Shown: positions 29,006 through 39,222, numbered from the stretch's first letter. The stretch is 64,000 bases of DNA from Candidatus Campbellbacteria bacterium (GCA_034521025.1 JAXHMZ010000003.1:15726-79725); one strand, 5' to 3'. Notes: generated from the sequence alone by a model not told the origin. Translations and numbers: made by a program.

Positions 29006-29659
29006 CTATTTTTGCTTCATCTTTACACCAAATTCAAAAGAAACATACCTGCGCAATAGCGCAACGATAATCGCTCCTAGCAAAACAACAAGAATCACAT
29101 ACGACCAAGGGCTATGTGTTTCTACGATGGAAAGACCCCTGTAGTAAAGTCCCTGGAATATATTCGCAGGTGCTACGGTGAAATATAGCTTGGTCGCTGC
29201 CGCTACACCGATACTAGTTGCGCCTCCTTCGCCGGATTGGTCAACCGGCTCTGCTTCGAGATAAGCTAAGTAGTCTCCCGGTTTTACGTCACGCACCGGC
29301 AAATCGAGCTTTACATCAACTCGCTGTGTTTCACCGGGCTCGAGAGGGAATACACCAGGCGTGAAAGTAAACCATTCTTCGGGAGCTCGAAGTTCTTCTT
29401 GTCCCTGGAGATATCCTACCCCAACTGTATATTCGGCAGACTCATCGCCAGTATTGACCACAGTTACAGAGGGAATGGTGTTCAGGCTTCCTTGGCGTAC
29501 CGGCTCGTCCAAGTTTATTTTACCGGTAGTTACTCCGACCCCTACGGTGCCGCTAGCAAACTGCGGAATCAAAATAGCTAGAAATAGGATAGCCACTACG
29601 GCAACTAGTAGCAGCCAAGAAGTTAAGTAATGTATTCTGCTTTTTATACTATTAGACAA
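29006..29659 (-). CDS. Membrane-anchored (N- and C-terminal TM) hypothetical surface protein
   Basis: TM at both ends. Confidence 0.35.
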   Translation of the reverse strand: MSNSIKSRIHYLTSWLLLVAVVAILFLAILIPQFASGTVGVGVTTGKINLDEPVRQGSLNTIPSVTVVNTGDESAEYTVGVGYLQGQEELRAPEEWFTFTPGVFPLEPGETQRVDVKLDLPVRDVKPGDYLAYLEAEPVDQSGEGGATSIGVAAATKLYFTVAPANIFQGLYYRGLSIVETHSPWSYVILVVLLGAIIVALLRRYVSFEFGVKMKQK

Positions 29660-29666
29660 AATAAAT

Positions 29667-30230
29667 TTAGTTAGCGCTGGCTCGCAATGTCATATCAGCA
29701 TTCTTCTGATCAGTGTCATTTGAGCTCGTAGGAGTTTGGATTTCGAGATGGAAATCAACCGTACTAGCCGTGGCTACGCCCGTCTTTAGAGACTTATAGC
29801 TCGTTGTCAGATCATCATAGCTCGTGTCATCTGTCGTGCAGTCATTGTCAGTATTATTACAGAACCTATGTACATACGCGTCTGTCCCAGCAGTGGCGGA
29901 CAGTGTCCAATCATTTGATCCCGTACCAGAAGCGTCCTGTCCTTGTATATCCACATCCACGGCTACGTTACCTTCGTTTGTTACCGTCTGTAGGTCATTC
30001 ACACCGGTTGCGGTCGCGTCTATACCGTCCGTTGTCGTATCTTCTTTTTCTCCCGCACTTATTATGCCGTAGTCAATACTTCCGTCAGCAACCGATATTG
30101 AGATCTCCTCGGCTTGCACAGTGGCGGTAACAGTCGTTGTATCTTGGGCGTTTGCGCCACTCCATACAACAACGCCCAATAGGGCAACTACCATCACTCC
30201 TAATAAACTCGATATTGATATTCTCTCCAT
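29667..30230 (-). CDS. Secreted protein with an approximately 130-aa domain shared with the C-terminus of 30326..31456
   Basis: Signal peptide. ISISVADGSIDYGII..TVTNEGNVAVDVDIQGQDASG..WTLSATAGTDAYVHRF aligns with ISVSVSDGAVSYGLV..TITNEGNVNENFEIIGQDTACPWTLATSAGTDQYVHEF in the next gene. Confidence 0.45.
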   Translation of the reverse strand: MERISISSLLGVMVVALLGVVVWSGANAQDTTTVTATVQAEEISISVADGSIDYGIISAGEKEDTTTDGIDATATGVNDLQTVTNEGNVAVDVDIQGQDASGTGSNDWTLSATAGTDAYVHRFCNNTDNDCTTDDTSYDDLTTSYKSLKTGVATASTVDFHLEIQTPTSSNDTDQKNADMTLRASAN

Positions 30231-30325
30231 ACTATTATTACTTATTTTTAAACTATATTCGCTTTATGCTTTACATAATACATAATACAGCAATCTCAAA
30301 TTTTTGTTATCCACAACGGTTAAGC

Positions 30326-31456
30326 TCAGGATTCGGTTGCTCGTATCGTTACGTCGACATTCTGCTCTGAATCGCACGAGGTGGAGCTTGGCGCTGTGAT
30401 ACGCAGGTCCAGATCCTGTGTTCCAGAAGCAGGCACATTTGTGGCCAGCTGTTGATACGACGTAGTGATATAGGTCCAGTTTGTGCCGCTGTCAGTGCTA
30501 AATTCATGCACGTACTGGTCAGTTCCGGCACTCGTGGCAAGTGTCCATGGGCAAGCCGTGTCTTGGCCTATTATTTCAAAATTTTCATTCACGTTTCCTT
30601 CATTAGTGATCGTTTGAGTATCGCTCAGGTTGAGAGTATTCTCAGTGGTTCCTGTTTCTACGAGTCCGTATGACACCGCTCCGTCACTCACCGATACCGA
30701 GATAACTGTGGCAACGGGCTCATTGAGAGCAATGGTCTGACAGAGCCAATCTCCACTGCTTCCTACTGTCGCTGAGCTCGACTGAGCGCCGGTTGCCCGA
30801 AGATCGGCAACTCCACTGAGCACTCTATCGCGTCCCGGACCTTTGCCTGTGTTCTGATCAATCCGTTCTGTAAAGGAATTATTCCAGGAACCGCCAAAAT
30901 TATCGTCTACATTTATGTGTGCCGCCGTGATATATAGATGATCTTCCGTACCCGGGTTAACACTCGGACATGACACTCCGCTCCCCGTTCCGGTCGCGGA
31001 CGAGGTGGTGTCCACCAAGTCGCTCGTATCCAGACCACTATACTCCAGAGCCATTGCATGCGTAGCTGATGTAGCGTTATTGTTACAAGTAAACGTAGTT
31101 TCACCGCCCGAGGCAACAGTATAGTAACTCACCACCGAAGGAACCGTGTTGTTATCAGATCGAATCTCGGTAAAACCACTAGGGATTGTAAACGTCGTAC
31201 TCGTATCGCTACTGCATATAACGACAATAACGTTATCGGCGGTAGCGCCTGTTGCAAACGTTGCGTCTACCGTACCGTTTCTGTGGTGTCCGTCACCACC
31301 ACCTTGTACAAACGCGCTCGCCGCTTGCACTCGCTTGACCTCAGGGGGAAATGACGGATTTTGACCCAATTGAGGCCAGCCGACCATAACCCACACAGCA
31401 AATACAAAAGTGGTGCCAAAAAATAACAGAAGATCATTTATTTTGAGCATATTCAA
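30326..31456 (-). CDS. Secreted protein, paralogous C-terminal domain (possible fiber/pilin-like or TasA/camelysin-like fold)
   Basis: Signal peptide. See previous entry. Confidence 0.4.
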   Translation of the reverse strand: MNMLKINDLLLFFGTTFVFAVWVMVGWPQLGQNPSFPPEVKRVQAASAFVQGGGDGHHRNGTVDATFATGATADNVIVVICSSDTSTTFTIPSGFTEIRSDNNTVPSVVSYYTVASGGETTFTCNNNATSATHAMALEYSGLDTSDLVDTTSSATGTGSGVSCPSVNPGTEDHLYITAAHINVDDNFGGSWNNSFTERIDQNTGKGPGRDRVLSGVADLRATGAQSSSATVGSSGDWLCQTIALNEPVATVISVSVSDGAVSYGLVETGTTENTLNLSDTQTITNEGNVNENFEIIGQDTACPWTLATSAGTDQYVHEFSTDSGTNWTYITTSYQQLATNVPASGTQDLDLRITAPSSTSCDSEQNVDVTIRATES

Positions 31457-31616
31457 TCTAATGATATCAGAAATAAGTATTTTTCTACACTAAGTTATCC
31501 GGTTCGCCGCGAAGAATCGAGGTTTAACTACTATGACGTTAGTATACAAAAACAGCACAAGCAAACTTGATCTTAAATCAGTCAATCTGCCAGTTTGACC
31601 ATTCTTTAATAAATAA

Positions 31617-32054
31617 TCATTCGATATTTGTATGCTCAAATTCCAAATTGTGTGGTTGAAACGCTCCAGACCGGAGGGTTTGCCCAAGTTCTTCTTCAAT
31701 TGCCGCTAAATTAGGAGAGCTTCCTTTCCGTGCCCAACAATAACCGTCTCTCCATATTGTGGTAATAGTTTCTCCTTTGTCATTAACCTCGGACCCATAC
31801 ATAAAGTCCTGATCTCTCATCTCTTCGAGATTGGGATGATTCATTATCATCGGATTCTCATTTATATCAGTAAAACCAAATTTACGCATAACCTTAGCGG
31901 TTTCCCAGTGGTCAATATTGGGTTCAGATTCGGCTTTTATCTCATTGTCCTCCGGATTTTCTTCTAGGTTTTCTTCGGGAGTGGTTATGTTTTCAGACTC
32001 TTCCTCTTTGTTATCTTGTCCTTGAGGGAAGTTCTCTATACCTGAGTGTTCCAT
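31617..32054 (-). CDS. Acidic hypothetical protein
   Basis: Intact ORF. Confidence 0.3.
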   Translation of the reverse strand: MEHSGIENFPQGQDNKEEESENITTPEENLEENPEDNEIKAESEPNIDHWETAKVMRKFGFTDINENPMIMNHPNLEEMRDQDFMYGSEVNDKGETITTIWRDGYCWARKGSSPNLAAIEEELGQTLRSGAFQPHNLEFEHTNIE

Positions 32055-32182
32055 ATTTATATATACGTTTGAACTCTAATTAGAATAACAATTTAAGTAT
32101 ACAAGAAACCAATAGCAAGTAAAAACCGCTTTATATAAAACTTGATTAAAATAAGACGGTTCTAAAGTTTGTAATAAAAGTA

Positions 32183-32203
32183 GTCAACCTGCCAGGTTGA
32201 CTG
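32183..32203. repeat. Palindrome agtcaacctgccaggttgact (family B, copy 2)
   Basis: See 26961-26983. Confidence 0.8.
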
Positions 32204-32550
32204 CTTGATGCACCGCTCGGTCTGGCTTCTACATGCTCAAGTTCCGCAATGTAGAGCGGAACTAACAGATTGACTTTGTCTTAACAGCAGTTTTTCTTTT
32301 CTGAGCTGTAGACAACAACGCCGAGCGCCACGGCAATAGCTATGTTAACGCCGACTTCACTACTTGTGATCTGACCATCAAGTGAATGTGTGCCCAGAAG
32401 AAGAACAATAAAAAACAGTGTTGCAACGACTCCTTTTGCTTTTGGAGTTTTAAGTTTTTCGGGTATATGCATAACGAATGTATATTAAAACATCAGCATA
32501 TAATGAGTCAATTAACAAAAATCACAATCATTGGGCGATTTTTTAACAAG

Positions 32551-32622
32551 CTCCGCGGGCTGGATTCGAACCAGCGACCTACCGGTTAACAGCCGGTTGC
32601 TCTACCGCTGAGCTACCACGGA
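32551..32622 (-). tRNA. tRNA-Asn (anticodon GTT)
   Basis: Reverse complement TCCGTGG-TAGCTCAGCGGTAGAGCA-ACCGG-CTGTTAA-CCGGT-AGGTC-GCTGGTTCGAATCCAGC-CCGCGGA-G. Cloverleaf folds with one G-U wobble. No encoded CCA. Confidence 0.8.
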
Positions 32623-32762
32623 ATATCTTTTGCATTATAAATCTACAGCCGCAAATGAGCAATCCTTGCTCATAAGCATGCGCAATAGTACCAAAGTTTT
32701 TTGGATAAGGAAAGACTAGTTTATTCGCGTGTAATTGTTAAAATATAGACAACTGAAATGGT

Positions 32763-32978
32763 ATGCATCTGAAAGTAAAAGTATATCCGGGATCTAAAAA
32801 AGAGTCAGTTCACAAAGAGGATTTTGACAAGCTAGAAATATACGTCAGAGAAAAAGCTGAACAAGGGAAGGTAAATAGGCGAGTAACAGAAGTTTTAAAG
32901 AATTTGTACTCTGATCCTTCGATAAAAATGGTAGCGGGACATAGATCGCAAAACAAAATATTTGAGATTAATTCTTAA
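32763..32978 (+). CDS. DUF167/YggU-family small protein
   Basis: KVKVYPGSKK..GKVNRRV..MVAGHRSQNK pattern. Confidence 0.5.
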   Translation: MHLKVKVYPGSKKESVHKEDFDKLEIYVREKAEQGKVNRRVTEVLKNLYSDPSIKMVAGHRSQNKIFEINS

Positions 32979-32989
32979 CACACAAAACT

Positions 32990-33364
32990 ATGAAAACACG
33001 TATCAAGGCAACTAATATGGAACTGACCGATCCGATCAGAGATTATCTAAACGAGAAATTAAAAGATGTAGAAAAATTTATTCCTAAAAATGAAAGTGAA
33101 CCCAACGTAGATATAGAGATCGGCAAAACCACGAACCATCATAGCTCCGGTGAAGATCTATATTTCGCAGAAATAAACGTAAATGTGAAAGGTGATCTCT
33201 ATCGATATGTATCTGAAAATGCGGAGCTATACGCGGCCATAGACAAAATGAAGGATGAAATTATCCGTGAACTAAGGAGAAATAAAGAAAAGAAGCGCGA
33301 TCTTTTTAGACGAGGCGCTCTCAAATTTAAAAATATGATCCGAGGGATCAGAGGAGGGAAGTAA
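32990..33364 (+). CDS. hpf: Ribosome hibernation promoting factor / ribosome-associated inhibitor A family
   Basis: IKATNMELTDPIRDYLNEKL..AAIDKMKDEI pattern. Confidence 0.7.
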   Translation: MKTRIKATNMELTDPIRDYLNEKLKDVEKFIPKNESEPNVDIEIGKTTNHHSSGEDLYFAEINVNVKGDLYRYVSENAELYAAIDKMKDEIIRELRRNKEKKRDLFRRGALKFKNMIRGIRGGK

Positions 33365-33368
33365 ATCT

Positions 33369-34235
33369 CTATAGATCAGCGCTCTTCTTAAATTCTTCGA
33401 AATCCATTTCTTTAGCTCCTTCGGGTATTACTTTCTCGATTAGTAGCTTGTTGTCTTTTTTGTTGTAGTCAACTTTTGTAACCACCACTCGAACATTCTT
33501 TCCTTTAAATTCAGCAAAGAAATGAGGTCTAAATCTTTTATACGCCCTTATTTTTAGAAAGTTGTGATAGGGATCATCGGAGAGACTTATCTTGGCGTCT
33601 TCTTTTTTGATCTTGGGAGTATAAGTAGCTTCCTCGTGGTCTTGTTCCTTGGGATCAATTTCACCACCAATATATGAAATGAGAGATTCTGCCAAAAGTT
33701 CTCCCCCTAAATCCGCGAGTATTTTTTCCAGCTCTATCGCGTCAGGTATCGAGCTCGGCCTGTTTATTGATTCTTGCGCAAGAATGGGACCGTGATCCAT
33801 TTTCTCATCCATAAACATTATGGTTACTCCTATATCTTCTTCGTCTGCCAAAATTTGAGACTCTATAGGGGATGCGCCACGGTACTTTGGCAAGAGTGAA
33901 GGATGAACGTTTATTGAGCCGTAACGAGGGGTCGAAAGTACAGATTCAGGTATTATCTTTCCGTAAGCGGCGACAACACTACAATCAAGTTCGTAGTCGC
34001 GCAGTGTCTCCAAAAATTCCGGTTGGTTTAATTTATCCGGAGTTAGAACCGGGATCTCTTTTTGCTGTGCCCAGCTCTTCACTGGAGTGGGTTGTAGCTT
34101 TTGCCCTCTGCCACGAGGCCTATCGGGGGAACTTATTACAACCTCGGGGGCTAACCCGTGTTCTTCGAGGATATTTAAAATTCGGACGGAAAAATCCGGA
34201 GTGCCAAAAAACGCGAATCGTGGTGAATTAATCAT
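33369..34235 (-). CDS. fmt: Methionyl-tRNA formyltransferase
   Basis: FAFFGTPDF..INVHPSLLPKYRGASPI. Start taken at Met30 of the ORF, so that ATGATTAA overlaps the def stop. Confidence 0.85.
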   Translation of the reverse strand: MINSPRFAFFGTPDFSVRILNILEEHGLAPEVVISSPDRPRGRGQKLQPTPVKSWAQQKEIPVLTPDKLNQPEFLETLRDYELDCSVVAAYGKIIPESVLSTPRYGSINVHPSLLPKYRGASPIESQILADEEDIGVTIMFMDEKMDHGPILAQESINRPSSIPDAIELEKILADLGGELLAESLISYIGGEIDPKEQDHEEATYTPKIKKEDAKISLSDDPYHNFLKIRAYKRFRPHFFAEFKGKNVRVVVTKVDYNKKDNKLLIEKVIPEGAKEMDFEEFKKSADL

Positions 34236-34764
34236 GGAGAAGTTCTTTAGGATTATCTTCTGATTGTGATTCTGGTGGAATATCTCTAACATTGTCTGCT
34301 TTATCAATGAACAGTACTCCATCCAAGTGATCCAGCTCGTGCTGGAAGGCCTGCGCTATAACTCCACTGGCGCCATACACAATGCGCTTGCCGTTCTCAT
34401 CATATGCCTCGACAGTTGCCTTTTCGAAACGTTCAACATCACCATAGAGCCAGCGAACAGAAAGACAGCCCTCTTCCACGACCTTGGTCTTTTTGGAGTG
34501 TTTAATAAGTTTTGGGTTTATAAATACTAGGTCTTTTGCGAGACCTTCTTGATTATTGGGTAAAATGTGTTTCGAGATAATAAAAATACGGACCAATTCA
34601 CCGATTTGAGGAGCGGCTATGGCGGCCGCATCTTCTTCTTTGTCCATAGCTCCTTTCATATCTCTAATTACACCACGAATATACTCAGAAGAAATTTCTT
34701 CCGGTTTAACTTCGCGCGCCGATTTACGCAACAAGGCCTCGTCTTTTTGCAGTATTTCTTTCAT
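34228..34764 (-). CDS. def: Peptide deformylase
   Basis: EGCLS and QHELDH motifs. Confidence 0.9.
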   Translation of the reverse strand: MKEILQKDEALLRKSAREVKPEEISSEYIRGVIRDMKGAMDKEEDAAAIAAPQIGELVRIFIISKHILPNNQEGLAKDLVFINPKLIKHSKKTKVVEEGCLSVRWLYGDVERFEKATVEAYDENGKRIVYGASGVIAQAFQHELDHLDGVLFIDKADNVRDIPPESQSEDNPKELLHD

Positions 34765-34776
34765 TCAAAAGTAATG

Positions 34777-36696
34777 CTACCACAAGTTTTGTGGATTTAC
34801 ATATATTTCAATATCCGGTGGTAATGAGCGCAAAAACCGCCTGATCTTCTGTGCTTTCCTAAGATCACGGCTTAACTTTAGTAGTATAACCGCCTTATAA
34901 ATTCCTCGTTTTTTTGTACCGTGTAGTACCGGGGAATATATAGCTTCACTTTTTTCAAGCAACTCTTTTAGCTTGATAGATATATTTTCTCTGGTGTTTA
35001 TGGCTTCATTTTTTTTCTTACTGATAGCTAACTCCACAAGAGTGCTGTACGGTGGATACCCTAGCGCTTTCCTCATTTTTGACTCCTCCTTTCTGAATTC
35101 ATTTAAGTCAATTCCTCTATAGTGGGGAAATATGCGGTGTTCTTTACGTCTGGTTTGTAGGATCATCTTCTCTTTGCTTAGAGAAAGAATTGAAAGCATA
35201 GTGCGCAACGCCATTTCCTCAGAGGTATAAGACGGTATAGCTAAACGCGAATCAATAGATACAATTCCTGATACATCTACTTTATTTTCTTCAAGATAAG
35301 GTAGGGCTATATCGGTTCCAATTATTAATCTACTTTTTTCTGATTCAAAAATGTTCTTTAAAATTTCTTTTGTTTTAGTTTTTGTTGTCGCAGTGTCGCC
35401 GGAAAAAACGATCGGGGAAGCGAAATGCTTCGTCGCTTCCTCGACCACTCGGTCTACTCCGATACCCAGCGGCTCCAACCGCCAACTCTCACAATTCCTA
35501 CATAGCGCGTTAGCAGATTCCTGATTGCCGCACCGATGGCAAATAAAAATTCTTTTTTCTTCTCCTTCGTCTCGCTTTTTGTGCAAGACCAAGGACGATC
35601 CACATTTCTCACAGGTGTATTCATTGCCACAATCACTACAAACAGTAGAAGGGAAAAGACCGCGTCTTGAAACGAACCAAAAGACTCTCTTGTTTTCTTT
35701 TAGAGCTTCATCAGTGGCTTTGATCAACTCCTCTGACAATAGTTTAAATTTCTGCTTGGCAGTCGACTTTTTATCGTCCTCAATCATACTAATGAGCTCC
35801 GAGTCTGCTTTTGAGTACAGAGTATCTAATTCTTTTGTATTCTTGTTTTTAGTTTGTATAAGGGGAATGAACACGTCGCCAAACAGCAAACGCCCACCGT
35901 TTTGGCTTGCCATAAGTTCAAAAACTAGGCGAGCATCCAAATGCGGTCTTTTGATATTAAAAAAGGACTCTGAGGCGCTGTTCTCAAGAATATAAAGAGA
36001 CTGCTTAGGTAAAGAAAGAGAAAGAAACTTTGAGGTAAGTACGACAACAGTAGGACTCTCGCGCTCGGCCAGAAAATTCCATGTCTCTCGTTGTTTTTTC
36101 GCGGAAAGACGAGATGAAAGTTCGAAAGCCGAATCCGGAAAATGATCTTTTAGCTTTTCTGTAATGCGTTTTGCGCCGTATACGGTAGGCGCAAGAACCA
36201 TTACCGATTCGCCCTTATCAAAAACTTTATTTATTTCCTCGGCGTACTCCTGAATTCTTTCCCCATATGGACGTTGAATAGATTTTTTGGTCGGTTTTTT
36301 CTTGCTGTTCATTTCCTTGGCCTCAGCCACATCGGTGTTACCTAACACCGATACTGGTGTTAGGGAATGTAGGACACTGCCCGGAGAAGTAGCGTAAAAA
36401 TCAGAAACTTCTTGGACTGTTTTTAAAAAAGAGGATCTGAATATTTTCTTTGGTGTTTGTTTTTTTATCTTTCTTAATGAAAAATTGGCGTTTTTTATCT
36501 CTGCCTTGGACTTTTTCACCGAAGAGGCGGAAACTACTATTCCATAGCGATCTTTAGCTCTAAGGGGTACCGTTATGAGCGCACCCGGTTCATATGGTTG
36601 AATTGAAAAATACGTAACGGAAGATTCACGAAAACCGCTTACTAAAGGCATAACTTCCAACACGAACATTTTTTCAGTTGCTTCCATTTGTTTCAT
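34777..36696 (-). CDS. priA: Primosomal protein N' (PriA helicase)
   Basis: Cys-rich zinc-binding CSDCG..CEKCG..CHRCG..CRNC, plus helicase motifs. Confidence 0.8.
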   Translation of the reverse strand: MKQMEATEKMFVLEVMPLVSGFRESSVTYFSIQPYEPGALITVPLRAKDRYGIVVSASSVKKSKAEIKNANFSLRKIKKQTPKKIFRSSFLKTVQEVSDFYATSPGSVLHSLTPVSVLGNTDVAEAKEMNSKKKPTKKSIQRPYGERIQEYAEEINKVFDKGESVMVLAPTVYGAKRITEKLKDHFPDSAFELSSRLSAKKQRETWNFLAERESPTVVVLTSKFLSLSLPKQSLYILENSASESFFNIKRPHLDARLVFELMASQNGGRLLFGDVFIPLIQTKNKNTKELDTLYSKADSELISMIEDDKKSTAKQKFKLLSEELIKATDEALKENKRVFWFVSRRGLFPSTVCSDCGNEYTCEKCGSSLVLHKKRDEGEEKRIFICHRCGNQESANALCRNCESWRLEPLGIGVDRVVEEATKHFASPIVFSGDTATTKTKTKEILKNIFESEKSRLIIGTDIALPYLEENKVDVSGIVSIDSRLAIPSYTSEEMALRTMLSILSLSKEKMILQTRRKEHRIFPHYRGIDLNEFRKEESKMRKALGYPPYSTLVELAISKKKNEAINTRENISIKLKELLEKSEAIYSPVLHGTKKRGIYKAVILLKLSRDLRKAQKIRRFLRSLPPDIEIYVNPQNLW

Positions 36697-36768
36697 TCCA
36701 TTTTATCATTACAAAACAAACCCTGCCTGTACAGGCAAGGTTTGCTCTTACGATAAATGTGAAGATAT

Positions 36769-37602
36769 TTAATTTAGGACCACTCGGGAGATCTCACCTC
36801 CGTCTGAAATATATATCTCCCCGTCAACAACGCGGAAAGCGGGGGCGGTAGCAGGAGTAGGATCAACGTATACAGGTTGATAGTTTTGAGTTCCTCTTCG
36901 ATCGATCTCCAAAGCCGCAATAACTGATCCGCGGTCCAATATGAGCATTTGATCATATTCACCAAAGAAGTCTAGATTTTCAACGGAGCCCGACTGAAAA
37001 CTGAACACGGGTTGTACTCGGCACTCTTCTACATTTTCACCGGGACACAAAAACTCAGGGAGGTTATCTACTTCGCCGTCCCAGGCGGCAAAAATAGTGT
37101 CAGCGTCCACATACAAATTGATGCTTTCAGAATTGTTTGCTAGAGGAGATTGCTCTCTCGGCAGAGAAGCAGGCGTTGAGAACGCTTCCTCTACTTCAGC
37201 TGAATCCACTTCTTCAAGTTCCGCCTCAGTTGGAAACAGTATTGGGTAAAATTCAGTATTTGTATCTTCGCTCACTTCCAACTCCTTTTTCCAAGGATAA
37301 TATTCTTCGCCCCTATTGGCTAAAAGCTGGTAGCTCCCGGGCTCTAGTTCAATACCAAGTTCACCCGAATCCGGTACACTAAAAGATCTCGGATCAGAAT
37401 CAGAGCTACCTTCTGATGAGTCTTCATCATCAACTCCGTCGGTATTTACGGCAATGATCTCGGTTCCAGCCGGAGCAAAGACAGTTATATTTGCTCCGTC
37501 GTTTCCGCCCAAGCCTTCGTTTCCTCTAAGTCCAAACCAGAGTGCCAAACCTGATAATAGGATCACAATAACAACCGCTACTGGAATAATTTGTTTTTTC
37601 AT
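36769..37602 (-). CDS. Secreted acidic hypothetical protein
   Basis: Signal/TM IIPVAVVIVILLSGLALWFG. Confidence 0.35.
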   Translation of the reverse strand: MKKQIIPVAVVIVILLSGLALWFGLRGNEGLGGNDGANITVFAPAGTEIIAVNTDGVDDEDSSEGSSDSDPRSFSVPDSGELGIELEPGSYQLLANRGEEYYPWKKELEVSEDTNTEFYPILFPTEAELEEVDSAEVEEAFSTPASLPREQSPLANNSESINLYVDADTIFAAWDGEVDNLPEFLCPGENVEECRVQPVFSFQSGSVENLDFFGEYDQMLILDRGSVIAALEIDRRGTQNYQPVYVDPTPATAPAFRVVDGEIYISDGGEISRVVLN

Positions 37603-37704
37603 CTTTAATTTATCGTTTATTTACGCTGAATATAAACACAATTGTACAAGAAAGTATTGAGCTGTAAATAGAGACCTGATCTGCTAGGTTCGCCCAGACA
37701 GAAA

Positions 37705-39222
37705 TTAGAACTCCCGCAACACTTTTATTTTAGCTCCCAAATTATTAAGTCGGAGAATGATATCTTCATATCCTCGGTTTATACTGTAGATATTTCTCAG
37801 GGTAGAAACCCCGCTCGCGGCTAGCATTCCTATGAGAATCACTGCGCCCGGTCTGAGTGCCGGGGGACAGATCACTTCAGCTCCGCGTAGTTTGCTTGGA
37901 CCTGTTATATAAAGTCTGTGCTGATCCATAAGCACCGTATCAGCTCCAAGTTTATCTAGGTCCTTATAATAAACGGCTCTTTTCTCGTACATCCAATCAT
38001 GTATCAAAGTTTGTCCTTCTGCCTGTGTGGCTATAACAGTAAAGAAGGGCAGATTGTCGGGGTTTAATCCCGGATAAGGGAGAGAGTGCAATTTGTCCGG
38101 AAGCGCCTTAAGTGAAGACGGGAAAGTTTTGATATCAACCAGGTCAGTTTTTCCGTTTTTGGCCTTATATCTGTTTACTATTTTGTATTTAAAGCCCATT
38201 TTCTCTAGTTTTAGAAGCTCTACCTCCAGAAAGTCAATGGGGCAACGCTCAATTATTATCGAAGACTTTGTAACGATCGCCGAAGACAAAAAGAACATTG
38301 ACTCGATCGGGTCTTCCGACACATGATAGGTCACAGGAATATCAATCTCCTCCAAACCGTTAACCTTTAGAGTAGTAGATCCTATGCCTTCGATCTTTAC
38401 ACCCAAACTTTCAAGGAAAAAACACAGATCCTGAACCTGATAATTAGCCGAGGCATATTTTATTATTGTCTCACCGGGTATCTTAGCGGCGGTCATAATA
38501 GCATTTTCGGTAACCGTATCGCCTGATTCATACAAAACAATTTCAGAAGGTTTTAGACCTCTGTGCGATATACGATACGAGTTGTCGGTCTCTTGAAATT
38601 TTACTCCAAAATTTTCTAGAGCATAAAAATGAGGGCGTACAGTACGAGCCCCTAACTTGCAACCGCCCGGTTCCGGTAAAGTAAATTTTTTAAATCGATG
38701 CAAAAAGGGAGCAATGAACATAATGATGCTCCTGGTTTTGGCGGCGGACTCCGTATTAAGGTTATCGAGATTGAAATTTTCAGGAGGAGTGATCGAAAGG
38801 TCGTTTTCGTGCCACTTAACCGATGCGCCCAAACTCTCAAGAACTTCGGCCAAGCGATAAACCTCTTCAATTTTAGGGATATTTTTAAGCGTGGTTGTAC
38901 TGTTGTTCAATAGCGCCGCAGACATAAGCGCTACAGTAGCATTCTTTGAGGTCCTGGTTTCTATTTTGCCTTTAAGTTTTCGCCCACCTTCAACCTGAAT
39001 ATTTAAAGCGCCTTTAGAGACAACAACTATATCTCTGTCTAAAGCCTTGCTGATCTTGGATAGCATTTCGGCCGATAAATTTTGTTCGCCATTTTCGATT
39101 CTCGCCACCACGCTTTGTGTGGTAGAAAGCTTTCTCGCCAAATCCGATTGAGTTAGATCGCGTTCTTTTCGAAGATTTCTAATTAGGCTTCCTATATGGG
39201 TTAAGTTTGCGGTTCCAGTCAT
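37705..39222 (-). CDS. murA: UDP-N-acetylglucosamine 1-carboxyvinyltransferase with fused N-terminal XRE-type HTH domain
   Basis: Residues about 10-60 IRNLRKERDLTQSDLARKLSTTQSVVARIENGEQN form an HTH. The remainder is MurA-like: TSKNATVALMSAALL, active-site LPEPGGCKLGARTV, RGYEDIILRLNNLGAKI. Confidence 0.8.
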   Translation of the reverse strand: MTGTANLTHIGSLIRNLRKERDLTQSDLARKLSTTQSVVARIENGEQNLSAEMLSKISKALDRDIVVVSKGALNIQVEGGRKLKGKIETRTSKNATVALMSAALLNNSTTTLKNIPKIEEVYRLAEVLESLGASVKWHENDLSITPPENFNLDNLNTESAAKTRSIIMFIAPFLHRFKKFTLPEPGGCKLGARTVRPHFYALENFGVKFQETDNSYRISHRGLKPSEIVLYESGDTVTENAIMTAAKIPGETIIKYASANYQVQDLCFFLESLGVKIEGIGSTTLKVNGLEEIDIPVTYHVSEDPIESMFFLSSAIVTKSSIIIERCPIDFLEVELLKLEKMGFKYKIVNRYKAKNGKTDLVDIKTFPSSLKALPDKLHSLPYPGLNPDNLPFFTVIATQAEGQTLIHDWMYEKRAVYYKDLDKLGADTVLMDQHRLYITGPSKLRGAEVICPPALRPGAVILIGMLAASGVSTLRNIYSINRGYEDIILRLNNLGAKIKVLREF

